Positions 23,611 to 35,519 of a stretch of DNA of 64,000 nt are shown in pieces. Origin of the DNA: Diplonema japonicum (lineage: Eukaryota; Protista; Euglenozoa: Diplonemea); NCBI GenBank assembly GCA_964019335.1, contig OZ025735.1, positions 1 to 64,000 of the forward strand. Direction: 5' to 3'. The notes beneath the pieces are model-generated. The model was not told the origin of the DNA. It did no database searches and saw only the letters and a program-made list of their open reading frames with translations. Numbering within the stretch: position 1 is the first letter of the stretch; the number at the start of each line of letters is the position of its first letter. Made by a program: the position numbers and the translations under genes.

Positions 23611-24840
23611 ATGCAGGAACATGACGTGTTCAAGACAAAGCTGCGCGCAAGCGGACGCGACCCTGTAGTTGACCCTCTGGAGCCGACGGGGTCCTACGGT
23701 TTTTGGGAGAAATTCGAGCCTGCCTTAGATATAATTCCAAGAGCGATCCCAGAGATGCTGCACAAGATACTCATGGCGGTAGGGAAAGGGCTCCTTGTTG
23801 ACCCCGAGAGGGACACCTTGATTGTGAAGCATATACTCGCCTGGACCTTTTCGAACCTTCCCCTCAGCTGCTACGTCCTGTGGTATGCTGACACAGAATG
23901 CTGGACCATCTGGCTTTGGGCTGCGTTGCACTTCTTCATGTGGTTCACAGCAATGGACACGTACGTTTTGGGGCTTCACGTTATCAGCCACCGTGCCGTC
24001 TTCAAGCCTTTCATCGCGACACCGTTGTGGCATTACTATGTTTCTGTGTTGGGACCCATCTTCGGCGAGACACCTGAAACCTACTACGTGCACCACATTG
24101 GGATGCACCACAGCTTTAATAACTTCTTCACCGACTTGTCGTGCACCATGGGGTACACGCGGGACAGCTTCTTCGACTGGGTTAGATACTTCTTCAGGTT
24201 CCTCTTCGTCCACGGTGAAGTCTTTCAACTCTTTTATGGGAAGAACAACAAGCTTTTGGCACGATTCTTTGCTGGTGAGATCGGCTGGGCATTATTTGTG
24301 CTGTACAACTTCCCCACGAGGCCTTTGCCCACGTTGCTGGTTCTGGTGGCCCCCGTGCTTATCATGAGGATAGGTATGATGGCAGGTAATTGGGGGCAGC
24401 ACGCCTTCATCAACCCTGATGAGCCTGCAACGAACTTCGGGCACTCCATTAACATCATCGACAGTGCTTACAACAGGAGGTGTTTTAATGATGGGTATCA
24501 CATCATACATCACATCTACCCCTCGGCGCACTACACAGAGCTCCCTCAGCTTTTCAAAAAAGATATCAAAGTCTTGGCGGAGCACGACTGCATCGTCTTT
24601 AGCCATCCTAAATGGGACTTCGCCATTGTATGGTTCTATCTGATGCTGAAGGACTACGACACACTCGCACGCCACGTCGTGAACATCAGAGACACGTATG
24701 CCAAGACAACTTGCAAGCACCTGAACACACACAGACCGCGCACTCACGAGGAGACCGTTGCCATGCTGAAAGAGCGTGCAAAGCGCGTTTACTCCATGGA
24801 CGAGTTTCTGCCCAACAAGGACTACAAAAAGAACCAGTAA
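23611..24840 (+). CDS. Membrane fatty acid desaturase family protein; 1 probable intron
   Basis: His boxes HVISH, HHIGMHH and HIIHH; GNWGQHAF. Probable intron 24696-24734 (39 nt, stopless). Confidence 0.85.
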   Translation: MQEHDVFKTKLRASGRDPVVDPLEPTGSYGFWEKFEPALDIIPRAIPEMLHKILMAVGKGLLVDPERDTLIVKHILAWTFSNLPLSCYVLWYADTECWTIWLWAALHFFMWFTAMDTYVLGLHVISHRAVFKPFIATPLWHYYVSVLGPIFGETPETYYVHHIGMHHSFNNFFTDLSCTMGYTRDSFFDWVRYFFRFLFVHGEVFQLFYGKNNKLLARFFAGEIGWALFVLYNFPTRPLPTLLVLVAPVLIMRIGMMAGNWGQHAFINPDEPATNFGHSINIIDSAYNRRCFNDGYHIIHHIYPSAHYTELPQLFKKDIKVLAEHDCIVFSHPKWDFAIVWFYLMLKDYDTLARHVVNIRDTYAKTTCKHLNTHRPRTHEETVAMLKERAKRVYSMDEFLPNKDYKKNQ

Positions 24841-25073
24841 GAAAAAAAAAAGAAGAAAAAGACACGAGAAGTGCAAAATGGTGCCTCGCATTACTTACTG
24901 TTTCTAGCAAAAAAAAAAAAGAAAAAAAAAAATAGATTCACGTATTTAGTTGCCAACAAGCCTTGGGGTTTGTTGTTCTCGGCGGCCGAAGTTACTGAAG
25001 TGATTGTTCAACTGCCGTGATAGTCGAGACCTCTTCTAACGAAACATCAGACACTCAGGACTTTATACATAAA

Positions 25074-26623
25074 ATGCCTACGAAAACTGACATGTGGCTC
25101 AACCCTGGGGTTGGTTGCGACTGGTCTGCTTTAGAGAAGATGCTCGACGGCGACGGCACCGAAGACAAAGTGCTGAACGAGGGGCTCGCTGACAACTACT
25201 GGGGCAAGGGTGTGAGCGCGCACTTTTGGGGCCAGTCTGAGTGCCCTGTCTCTAGGCCCGTCGCGGGTGTCGTGGAGCTTGCTCCTTCGGATGATTGGAA
25301 AAAGGGGTCCGCTTCCTGGCTTGTCAAGGCCATTGCAAACAAGCAGCAAACCCATCAGAAGGTCCTCACGGGTGCCAAATGGCCCCTGGGGTCTCCTTCG
25401 CCTGTCGATGCAAACCGCATTTTGGGAACCATCCCTGCACCGCCTGGCCAGAAGAATGTCATCAGCGGACAGGCATCGTTCAAGGGCCTGTTCATCGGAC
25501 CCTTGGACAGCTCTAGCAAAGAAAAGGTCCGCAAGGCTGCTCACGACGACTTCCTTGCAGACATGGGCACGAACGTCCACATCCACAACATGAAGTCCTG
25601 CAGCAGGGGTACCACGTTCAACTTTCACGTTGATTCCAGCGACAAGGACGTTGCTGCCCTTCTTGAAAAGTGCAAGAAGTCATTTGCCACGCTGCGTGCC
25701 CAAACACTAAAAGAACTGATGAAGAGCTTCGGCTTCAGACCCATGACCTTCGTCGTCGACACGAGCGGATGCATGGCTGTGTCTAGAAAGAAGCCCCTCG
25801 TGCGTGGTGATCCCAGAACGGGCGCAGCCTCTGACGATTACGACCTAGGCAAGTCTGCTACAGGCGTCAAGGGGACCAAGTTAACAAAATACTCTGACCC
25901 CGTCCGTAGTGACATGACTACGACTCCTAAGAAAACTGGGGTGGCCACGCCGGAGAAGAAGACCCCTAAGAGGTTGACACCTAACGAACAAAAGTTTTCG
26001 CAAGTGGCTAAGGAAGTTGTGGAGAACCAGAAACCCCTTACTCCTGCAGAGAAGCGTAAGGCACTTTTAGGAAAGGTCATGCACAAGGCAAAGGTGCACC
26101 TGACGCAGATCGAGTCAGAGACGCCATACGTGCCTGCTACCCACGAGCTGCAACAGCGCAAGGTGGCGTTGTCGACAGCCAACGCTGCCATCGCCGCCGA
26201 CAAGGGCAAGAAGGTCTCGACGCAGGCTGCTATTTCAGAGGCGAAGCAGTCGCTGTCGCCCCCTAGTCAATGGCAAGGCGCCCTAGTGAAGAAGAGTGAC
26301 GCGGGGAAGAAGTTGTTCGAGAACTTCGAGCTGAACGTTGTTGACTTCAGCAAGCAGACGAAGCAAGTGGTGGGACGAGCAAGGATTCAGAACGGCCTCA
26401 TGGACAACACCTATGAGTGCAACATCAAGTGCATCATGAAGGACGACGATCTCAGCATCAGAATCACGCTTGTCAACAATGCCACATTCACCGGGAGGTT
26501 CACAAAGGGCAACGTCATCACCGGCACCTTCGCACACGAGAGGGTCAATGGGACCTTCAAGCTGATGGTATGCACTTTGCACTTTTTCAAAGCACCACAC
26601 AGAGGACCGAACACGCGTCCTAG
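25074..26623 (+). CDS. Uncharacterised protein; 1 intron
   Basis: Long ORF with coding-like composition and a partial vWA-like FVVDTSG. Intron 26568-26602 (35 nt) gives the C-terminus RTEHAS*. Confidence 0.7.
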
Positions 26624-26918
26624 ACAAGCATGGCCCCAACACAATAAACAAACGGGGTTCTTGCTTTCTTAAGTGAGGCGAGAGGGTATACAGGTTCCTT
26701 CTTTCACCTTTTTGCTAGATATGCTAGCAGTGTTTTATAAGCCGGGTAAAGTAGGACCTCCATTTCTCGTTTCCTTTTTTTTTCATCTTTATTTTTTTTT
26801 TACAATTACTGTTTTCTCCTTTTTTTTTTTACCACACCTGTTTTTCTCTTACCACATTATCTTTTTTCGTATTTCTCTTTTGCTTGATAGCCATGAGCTC
26901 TGCACTGCACACAGGAAG

Positions 26919-29514
26919 ATGAGTGACTGCAAGACTGTCAGTGGTGTGTTGAAGTGCGGTCCTGCAGCTGTTGACAACAAGGCTGCTGCGTGGAGCCCTG
27001 ACATTGTTGTGAAGCCAAGGCTGCCAGATGTAGCCATGGCGCTTAAGAAAAATGGAGAGAAATCCAACGAAAAGAGTTTTACACTGAGTCTGTGAAGGCT
27101 AAGGCTCACAGTACATAAGTACTACCTTTAAGCTTATTAGCTATTCGCAACCCGCTAACCACAACACACAGGAGGGTGGTTTGGATATGATATCCTGCTG
27201 CAAACCAGGTTCCTCGACACCCTACTTCGCTCAAGGAGGGACGAACATAGATGCCGTGTTGGATTGGGAACACAAAGCTTATGATAGGTGCGGTGTTCGA
27301 AAGACAGTCAACAGCAGGCACGTAATAGAGTACCCTAAAGCTGAGAAGAAGCAGGATAGAGATGCAGATGTGCCGCTGTTGGTCGTCGCACTGTGCGACG
27401 CCATCGAGCAACACAAGGATGAGGTCAATGTGATGGAGGTGGAGAAGTACCTCACAAACCACATCACTAGAAAGCTTCAGAGAGCCATCATGTCCCTCGA
27501 CAAGAAAGCAGTCGAGAAAAGTAAGATAAAGAACACACTGGAAAAAGAGCGCAACCCCGGAGACTTGTCTTGGTGTCTGCTGGTACAGTTCTTAGAGAAC
27601 ACAAACCGAGAGGCCAATGACCCCCTTTTCCCCCGCAGGTGCCAGTCAAACTTGTTGAGTATCTGGAAACAGTACTATTGGCACACAAGACCCTCCTCAA
27701 GCGAGCAGCTGTCCGACGACTGGTACCTGCGTGTCAACGAGTGGTTTGCGTCTCCCAGGAAGACCATGTACCTGAAGCAACTGATTTATCTCATGCACCA
27801 GGTGAACGCAGAGTCCCCGTCGAAGTATGGGACGCTGCGCAGAATCTTCAAAGCGTGTAACGTGTGTTCGAAAGAGGGGACAGACTTCGAGAACATCATC
27901 CGCTTCTGCGAAATAGTTAGCCACAAACTATTTAATGCTGACACAGCGACGGACGTCATCGCAGCAGGCTCAGGATACGGTGAGCGGTCCTTAGAAGACA
28001 CGTGTGGGTGGGGTGGGCAGTACGACCAGCAGTGCGCGGAGTCGCGGCGGCAGTGTTTCCTTGTGTGCACGGCGCATTACGATGCGATCTTCGATAACAA
28101 GGCTATTGAGGACGAACCGGGCATCGCCACGTCCATCTCCGTTTCGTTGCCGTTGTCGCCAGACTCGCCTTTTGGAGACGCACATGCCGCACTTGTCTGC
28201 CCCGCCCCGTGTGTGGCTGCCACCGTGGCTGTCATCTCCTACTGGACTTTCCAAATGTTTGGCGAAAAGAACCTAAGGACGCAGCTGGTGGAGCAAAGCC
28301 CTCGAAAGGACCCAACGCAGCTCGGTAACAACTCTGATTTTCTCCCATCAGAGTCATCACAGCAGCTGCCCTCCATCCAAGAAATGCACAAAACCCCCAG
28401 CTCCAGTGCTGTGCAGCCCTCAACATCCAGCCCGAGTGCAGAAACACCGGTGCATGTGCAAACACATACATCTAATGACACAACCAACACAACAACAGGC
28501 CAAGGCAGCGGTGAAAGCCAAGCAAACACCAGCGGCGGTGCAGCCCAAAGCCGGAAACACTTAAGCACGCGGAGTCATTTGACTCACAGTCCCAGCCCAA
28601 GCTCTGTCAGCCCAGGACCATCAAAGACCCATGGCCAGGTTCGCAGCTACCAGGGGAGCAAGATGAGCGACCACTCGCACTCTGGGGTGTCAATTGCAAT
28701 CTCGCAGGACATGCTGGATGTTATTACCGACACAAACGTGAGGTCCCGCGCGACAGACGCCACTGCATTGAAGAACGCTGATAAGATTAAGCAGCTCGCG
28801 CATTACATGAAAAAGGCGGAGGAGCGTTTCGTCGACTCAGAAAAAGCACAGCAAGAGTTGGCAGAGGCATGCAGGGAGCTGGAGAAGAGGCTAGAAGGCC
28901 AATCAGAGGGCAGAAAAACCAACCCACTCCTTGGGGTACGCCAGTCGCAACTGTCGCAGCACACGCACCAGCTGCTTGACATTGAGAATGAAGTGATATC
29001 GCTGCGCAGGGAGAAGAGAGGTTTGGAGGACGAGATCATGCAGATCAAGCGAGAAGTGAAGAAGGATACGATAGAACGTGAAAAAGAGATGCGAGAGGCG
29101 AGAAAAGAGACACTGCTCCTGAGGAACGGCGTGAAGGCAATGGGTGTGGCGATGGAAGGGTTCCAGGAGGAGATGCTCGCCATGCGGAACGTCGAGAAAG
29201 TGACTGAGAGCGATCTTGAGAACGCCTTCTTGAGAGAAGAGCTCAGCAGAGTGCGGCACGACGCTGACATCATGAGGAGCCAGATCACAGAGCTGCAAGA
29301 GGTGATGCTCAAGATGGAGCGCAACATTCGGACGCAGAGCACTGACTCGCTAACGCCCAACAAGAGGGTTTTTGGCATCGACACTTATACTTCTTCGTCA
29401 TCGTCGTCCTCGCCGGTCGGCTTCATGAACATTCCCACCTCGACACGGCTCATTGCGGATGATAACATGCTGAACGCTAAGCTGGCCAGTCTCCAGTTTC
29501 ACCTTTCCTCCTGA
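26919..29514 (+). CDS. Protein with a degenerate RhoGAP-like domain, S/T-rich linker and C-terminal coiled coil; 5' structure uncertain
   Basis: Main ORF 27172-29514, preceded by an A/C-rich AG at 27171. An upstream ATG at 26919 may be exon 1. DVPLLVVALCDAIEQH and LLVQFLE..DPLFP resemble RhoGAP. Confidence 0.6.
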
Positions 29515-30088
29515 GACGGCTTAGTTACATCAGGACCCGTGCATTTGTCGTGCATGGGAGGTGTAGTTACTCCTAGTTTAAATCGTGTAATCCGTGACCA
29601 GCTGCTGCATAATTTTCCCCGCTGTACCGCGACAGACTGCTGCCATTTAGCTATTGGTATCTGACATCAGTCCACGTGTGCTTCTGGCTCTCGTAGTTGG
29701 CCACCCTTTAGAGTCTATCCGTTTGTTATGTCTTGTTTTCCCTTTCCCCCCTCCCTTTTTCTTCTCCCCCCCCCCTTCTTTTTCTCTGTTCCGTTCTGTC
29801 TGTAACTCAACAACAGCATATAATAATTGCAACGAAGCGACCTCGCAACTTCCACACTCTACCACTTTTACTTCAGCTCCTGAAGCTCTTTGTTTCCGTA
29901 GACGCGGCGGATGTGGCCGTCAAACCCGACAGTTTACTCGTTCCTGCAACGGCATGAAGAGTCGGTGTTCACTGATCGCACTGCTGTCCTTGTTATCACT
30001 AATTCGCACTTTCTCCCCCCCCCCCCCCCCTACCCTACCTGCATCGCGTCATATTCATTCCCTTTTACAGTTTTAAAAAATTAAAAAT

Positions 30089-30997
30089 ATGGGTCGCGGT
30101 AAAGCGAATGGTAAACCTAGCGAACCACCAGCACCTAAACCTAGCGCACCACCCGCACCTGAACCGACACAGGAGGATGAAGACGACGCAAAACTGGACA
30201 GGTTGCGTGGTGTGTTGAGCAAGTTCGAAATCTCTGTTGCGGAGGCAGGGGAGCTGGCTGTCCTAGAAGACTACAACCTGATACTGATTGCGGACGACTC
30301 GGGGAGCATGTCAATGCGGTGCCAGGGCGGAGGAGGCGCCTCCTTTTTAAACAAACGGACACGCTGGGACGAGCTGAGAGAGACTGTAGACGAAGTACTT
30401 GAGCTAGGGATGTGCCTTGTGCAGAGGGCTGACATTTTCTTTCTGAACAGAGCACCTATTTTCAACCTCAGAGCAGGCGACCCAAGGATCCAGGAGTCAT
30501 TCTCAGTGCCCCCCAACGGTTCAACACCTCTCACAGCCACTTTGGAAAAAGTGGTTGCACATGTTGGTAGTTCTGAGAGGCCTGTTTTGCTCTTGATCGC
30601 CACCGACGGGGAGCCCAACGAAGGCATCAGTGCCTTCACAAACACCGTCAGATCAGTGATCAGTAAAAAAATAACAACCACCACATTCAAGTTCCAGGTG
30701 CTTGCTTGCACGGACGACGACGACAGCGTAGCGTGGCTGGACAGATTCGACAAGGAGTTCAAAGAGGTCGACGTTACCGATGATTACTACTCAGAGAGAC
30801 AACAAATCCTCAAGGCGGGCAAGGTTAAGGTGTTCACCCGCTTTGATTGGGTTGCGAAGATCCTCCTCGGTCCCATTATTGCCAAATTTGATTCACTTGA
30901 TGAAAACTCCGAGGTGTGCCTGCCCGTCTTGTTCTTCATGGTTGTGATGTTTTTCGTTTTTCATATTCTCTTTGGGATGGATGGAGGGGAGATGTAA
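30089..30997 (+). CDS. vWA-domain protein
   Basis: MIDAS LIADDSGSMS, TRWDEL, GSTPL, IATDGEP. The 3' end may be altered by an intron. Confidence 0.8.
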   Translation: MGRGKANGKPSEPPAPKPSAPPAPEPTQEDEDDAKLDRLRGVLSKFEISVAEAGELAVLEDYNLILIADDSGSMSMRCQGGGGASFLNKRTRWDELRETVDEVLELGMCLVQRADIFFLNRAPIFNLRAGDPRIQESFSVPPNGSTPLTATLEKVVAHVGSSERPVLLLIATDGEPNEGISAFTNTVRSVISKKITTTTFKFQVLACTDDDDSVAWLDRFDKEFKEVDVTDDYYSERQQILKAGKVKVFTRFDWVAKILLGPIIAKFDSLDENSEVCLPVLFFMVVMFFVFHILFGMDGGEM

Positions 30998-31227
30998 AAT
31001 GAAAAAAAAAAAAAAGTAGCTTTTTAATATTTTTCTTTCTACACGGTGAGAACCGTGTATAACAATGCCCCCCTGACCATCAACGAAAGCTTGCTTGAGA
31101 TTAACCTAGCAACAACGAGATCTAGCCCACCTAGCCCAATGTTTTTCTGTTGTGTTAAACCAAATTAACGTACGTGTTATACCAACTTATACACCTGCCA
31201 GGGTAAGATGCACTTATTGCATGTAAA

Positions 31228-32152
31228 ATGACGAACCAGAAGAAACTCTATGCGCTGATATGGGTCGCACTGACCATGCAAGGACTGCTGTTGTGGTCAT
31301 GGCGGAGCACCTGGAGGGAGCCGGTGGTCCAAGAAGCGGAGATGGAAAGTTTGCGGGTGACCATCCCAAAATGGGTGCGCAAAGTGACGGACGATTCAGG
31401 TGGGCTGAAGCTCCATGAAATCTTCGATGCGGGCCCTCCGAACAATGTAGTGTGGAGTGTTGACAGAAGGAAGTACGTCCCAACTGTGAAGCCCTCAGGA
31501 TGGACGCCTGTTGAACCGATAGTCTTTGACTCACCTCTTGTACATTGGTTTAACAAGCCAAAGACCCATAACATGTTCCTGGACTCCTCGACAGGGAACT
31601 TCATCATCAAAGCAACCGCTGGGTCGGACTTCTACCAAGGCGTGACCTCGTCAGCCGACACCGGCCACTTCTTGCACGTCGAAGTACTGCAGTCACCCAC
31701 ATCGCTCATTACTGCTACTGGGAGGTTCTCCTTAAGGTCCAAGACAGCTGAGGATAAGATCGGGCTGCTGATCAGAAGAGGGCACACCGCATGGGCCGCC
31801 GTAACGATATCAGCAAACACCTTCGCAACGTATACCACGAACGAAGCGATTACAGATAGAACCTTTTCTCCTTTGAACGGCAGCCAACCACAGGCATCTC
31901 TAAGACTGTCTCTTGCCGGAGACAAGCTGACTATGGAAGCCAACATAGACTCCACGGAGTGTCCCTCGTGCTGGGCAACGCTGCGCACGTCAACGCTTTA
32001 CGACGAAGGGGACGAAAAGGGGAAGACGAATGTTGCAGTAGGTGTCTTTGCCGCTGCGCCTCGTGAAGCAGGTGTGCACGAAACAACGACAACACACCAC
32101 AGGAATGGAAGCAGGTGTAGGCTACTTCAGCATCACCTCTTCAAAAGTGTGA
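31228..32152 (+). CDS. Type II membrane protein with a DUF1349/Ree1-like (concanavalin fold) domain; 1 intron
   Basis: N-terminal TM; IKATAGSDFYQ..DTGHFLH, KIGLLIR..W, VGVFAAAP. Intron 32072-32102 (31 nt) gives GMEAGVGYFSITSSKV*. Confidence 0.7.
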
Positions 32153-32242
32153 TGTGATGTTTTGTTTGAATTTTGCAGTTGACTGGAACCACACAGCACG
32201 AGCTTCGTGTTTCCGCTTTCCTTACTTATATAACAGTCACAA

Positions 32243-32968
32243 ATGCGTAACGATGGAACAGTCACGAAGGTGAGCCTTGTGAACTGGAGCGTGTTGGGCA
32301 TCGCAGTCTGTGGAGTGCTGCAAGGGATGTGCAAAGCTTATTTCAGAAAGGAAAAGATGGGGGTGGTGGTACGTTTGGAGCAAGAAGTAATCCATTCTGG
32401 AAACCATAAGAAGGTGGGTTTCAGTGTCGAAGGTAAGAAGGGGATGTATATCTATGAGGTGAAGGAGCCCAATGGGTCTGTCGTGGCTAAGGCAAGCGGT
32501 GTCTTCGGTGAGGTGATCTACGTCGATGTATCACAAACGGGGTTTGGCCTGTACACGATTGTCATCCATGTTGAGGATGAAGTGACGGAGGTGGGGATCA
32601 GAAAGGTCTTGCGCTCGATCACTGAAGAACTGGGTGACCGGCCACTACAAAAATCCACGTGGTCCAACCGTGAGTGGAATGCTCTCGTAGCCAAGCAGGA
32701 GCCCCTCCCTGATCGTGAGACACTCGTTACCCCAGAGGAGCTTGCCTCACATGGCCCCGCAGCCTCCTCACGCTGGATAGCCATCGCAGGCACCGTCTAC
32801 GACGTGACAGCTTTTGCTGCACACCACCCTGGTGGGAAAAAAGTGATTGAGGTTACCTGCAGTGGCAAAGATAGCACGAGCGCCTTCAACAGGGTTCATC
32901 CTAACGTCCGGGTGAAGGAACTGCTCGGAAAATTCATTGTCGGTGATTTAGAAAAAGCGAAGAAGTGA
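32243..32968 (+). CDS. Cytochrome b5-like heme-binding domain protein with N-terminal anchor
   Basis: WIAIAGTVYDVTAFAAHHPGG...GKDSTSAFNRVH. Confidence 0.85.
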   Translation: MRNDGTVTKVSLVNWSVLGIAVCGVLQGMCKAYFRKEKMGVVVRLEQEVIHSGNHKKVGFSVEGKKGMYIYEVKEPNGSVVAKASGVFGEVIYVDVSQTGFGLYTIVIHVEDEVTEVGIRKVLRSITEELGDRPLQKSTWSNREWNALVAKQEPLPDRETLVTPEELASHGPAASSRWIAIAGTVYDVTAFAAHHPGGKKVIEVTCSGKDSTSAFNRVHPNVRVKELLGKFIVGDLEKAKK

Positions 32969-33090
32969 AAAGAGGAGATGGGAGGGTTATGAACAGCACG
33001 GTCACTTATTAGTGATGAGTCCAGTCCAGGTCTAGTAGTTAGTCTTGTTTAGCGTAGTTATTTAGTTATTTTCTCACAACCGCTACAGGA

Positions 33091-33633
33091 ATGGCTAGGG
33101 TGCGCTCTGTGTCAGCGTCGAGCGTGTCTTCCGCTTACAGCAGGTCGTCGTCTGTGTCATACGTTTCTGTAGGGCGCAGGGGCCTGGGCTACGACGGGGA
33201 GGAGGCAGAGAAGAGGCGGCGGGCAGCTGTGAGGGAGAAGGGGTGGAACAAAATAGCCAAGCGAGCTACCTCTACAGACAAGGCCAAAGCGTACGACAGA
33301 GAGAGAAGACAGCAGGAAAGGACGAAAAACCTAGCTCGAAGAGCAGTGGGATGGGAGCCCCCCAGACAAACAGTGAAGAAGCTGAACTACAACGACTCTT
33401 TGCTGGAAGAGGTGCAGACAGGGAAGAAGCCCAGAAGAAAGAAGGCCTTTGGAGTGTCTGCGTGGAGTAAATCCCCTGAACGAGGACCTAAGAAGCCAGC
33501 AAAGTACCGTGCTATGTCACCACCGTGCCGACCGCCCCCCCCTGAAATTAAATATCTCCCTTCCTGCTCTGAATTCCTTGCTTACAAGAACCTCAAACGA
33601 CGCCCCCGCTCGGGGCACTCAGGGTGCATCTGA
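33091..33633 (+). CDS. Basic (R/K/S-rich) uncharacterised protein
   Basis: ORF preceded by an A/C-rich AG at 33088; no recognisable domain. Confidence 0.6.
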   Translation: MARVRSVSASSVSSAYSRSSSVSYVSVGRRGLGYDGEEAEKRRRAAVREKGWNKIAKRATSTDKAKAYDRERRQQERTKNLARRAVGWEPPRQTVKKLNYNDSLLEEVQTGKKPRRKKAFGVSAWSKSPERGPKKPAKYRAMSPPCRPPPPEIKYLPSCSEFLAYKNLKRRPRSGHSGCI

Positions 33634-34101
33634 TCCCCTATACAGACGACGCGAGCGTTTCGGCTTCTGCCAGCGTGCGCTTTTTACTTGTGATTATACA
33701 TATGCTAACCAGCCTGCCGGACTCCACGGCCTTGCCACAGTTGTAAAATATGACATCTTCTCTTTTCTTTTCTTTTCTTTTCTTTGTATTATTACTATTA
33801 CGAGTTTGTCCGCAGGAAAATATCCACACCTTTTGTTGGGGTTTCCGGAAAAAAAAACCTCTCTATTTGAGCGAAGAAAGAAGAAGGGGAAAGAACCAAC
33901 GCAAGTTCATGCCTAAAAGCCGCTTTCAATGAACAATGCTTGCCATCGTGAGCGATAGGCTTTTGTTTAGACCACAAAAATCCTCCGATATGGCACTTTC
34001 CCAGCGGTACCTTCCCTTTTCTTTGTTGTTTTTTTAGCATTTTAAGGACATTTCACCCGAGCGAGCTAATGAAGTATTCCACAAAGCCTTGACTAGACTA
34101 G

Positions 34102-34569
34102 ATGTTGGGGGTGTTGATCGCAGCTGTGGTGTATGCGGGGTCTGCCTGCAAGATTGAGGAAAGGGGGCTTGTGATGGACGTCGACGTCGATGTGGCGCAG
34201 AAGATATGCTGCGAAAACAGGAGGTACGCCGAACGGAGGGGGTACCACAAGGTGGCAGGGTTTGATACATTGGTGACTGATGGGCAAGTATTTTATGACA
34301 GCGCCTGCGGTGTGCCTGTCTTCAAAGCAGCTGTGGGAAGGACACTTGCAGAGTGGCGTGACGAGATGGCAGCGCACGGTTGGCCCTCCTTCCGCGATGC
34401 AGAGCTCATCAGCGAGAACGTCGTTATCAACGAAGATCTTCATAATGAGGTGGCCTCGTCATGTGGCACGCACCTGGGACACAACATCCCTGATGAAAAA
34501 GGAAACAGATACTGCATAAACCTTGTTTGTATGGCAGGAAAGCCGGCCCAAGAAGAGCCTGAGCTGTGA
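34102..34569 (+). CDS. msrB: Signal-peptide-bearing MsrB/SelR-like methionine sulfoxide reductase
   Basis: HGWPSF, GTHLGH and RYCIN motifs; hydrophobic N-terminus MLGVLIAAVVYAGSA. Confidence 0.75.
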   Translation: MLGVLIAAVVYAGSACKIEERGLVMDVDVDVAQKICCENRRYAERRGYHKVAGFDTLVTDGQVFYDSACGVPVFKAAVGRTLAEWRDEMAAHGWPSFRDAELISENVVINEDLHNEVASSCGTHLGHNIPDEKGNRYCINLVCMAGKPAQEEPEL

Positions 34570-34619
34570 CATATATTCCTTAACTTGCATCACGCACAAC
34601 ACTACAGGTGAGAACAAAT

Positions 34620-35445
34620 ATGTCGGCCGCACCGCCGCCTGTGCCCGTGCCCATTTACCACCCACCGCCTGCCCCTGTCAAGAAGCACAGCTACTCGGCA
34701 ACGAATGGGAAGTGGAACTTACACGGGTTGAGCAGGGCAGATGTGAAGGCAATTATTACGCGCAACGGTCTGGCTTAGCTGCGAGACAACTGGAAGAACG
34801 ACCGATAGGTAGCCGTGAGTGTTCACAAGTGGGTGTCTCTGAGCTGTGGGTGTTACACGTACATTAGTTATTGTTCCAAGCACTGTAGCTAACTTATCAT
34901 TTAGGTTTGAAAAACTGGCTGCAGACTTCCAATGTCTTGTGAAGCAGCAGTACATGCCCTTCGATATCGAGTCCATGGCAAGGGACCAACTGGAATGCAG
35001 TGACCTGACGAAGAGGAAGGGGGATAAGTTGCGGCAAGTAAGGAGCAGAGGGAGATCGGTGCAGAAGGTTGTTGTGTGCATCAGTGGGTACGGACCTGGT
35101 GATGAGGAGGAGCAAGTCGGTTCCGATGCCTTCTCGACACAGCTTGTGTACGACACGTACAACGGCGTGATACTGATGGATGAGAAGTTTGATTTCTTGC
35201 TCTATTGTATAGAATGCGGCCTGGTTGCTGTCCAATCTGGCTTTACAGCCGCTTACACAAACCTCCTCAACTCACTTCTCGAACCCCCACCACAAGTCAT
35301 ACCCTCAACCCCCCCGCACACACTTCCGCCCGAACCACAAGGAGAGCTTACATGGAAGCAAGAGCTGGAAGCCCTTGAAAAAGAGCAGCAAGCCTACGAC
35401 GATTCGAAGCAACCTCGCGTCTTTGAGAATTGGGCACGTGATTAA
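34620..35445 (+). CDS. Uncharacterised protein; 2 probable introns
   Basis: ATG 34620 follows an acceptor at 34607. The frame is restored by introns 34743 (or GC donor 34749)-34808 and 34859-34904. Confidence 0.45.
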
Positions 35446-35519
35446 TTACACATTGTTTATATATTTAATACTCACTTTAACACGTGTGAACTTCTCGCAG
35501 AGCACTTCAGGTGGGTACC

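Noticed and set aside
28450-28498. A/C-rich GT...AG segment resembling a micro-intron
   Set aside because: Lengths of 49 or 43 nt would shift the frame and destroy the long downstream coiled-coil ORF.
34776-34808. TAG stop-codon reassignment/readthrough
   Set aside because: Introns explain the TAGs, and TAG terminates several conserved genes here (SWEET, DGAT2, ERGIC3).
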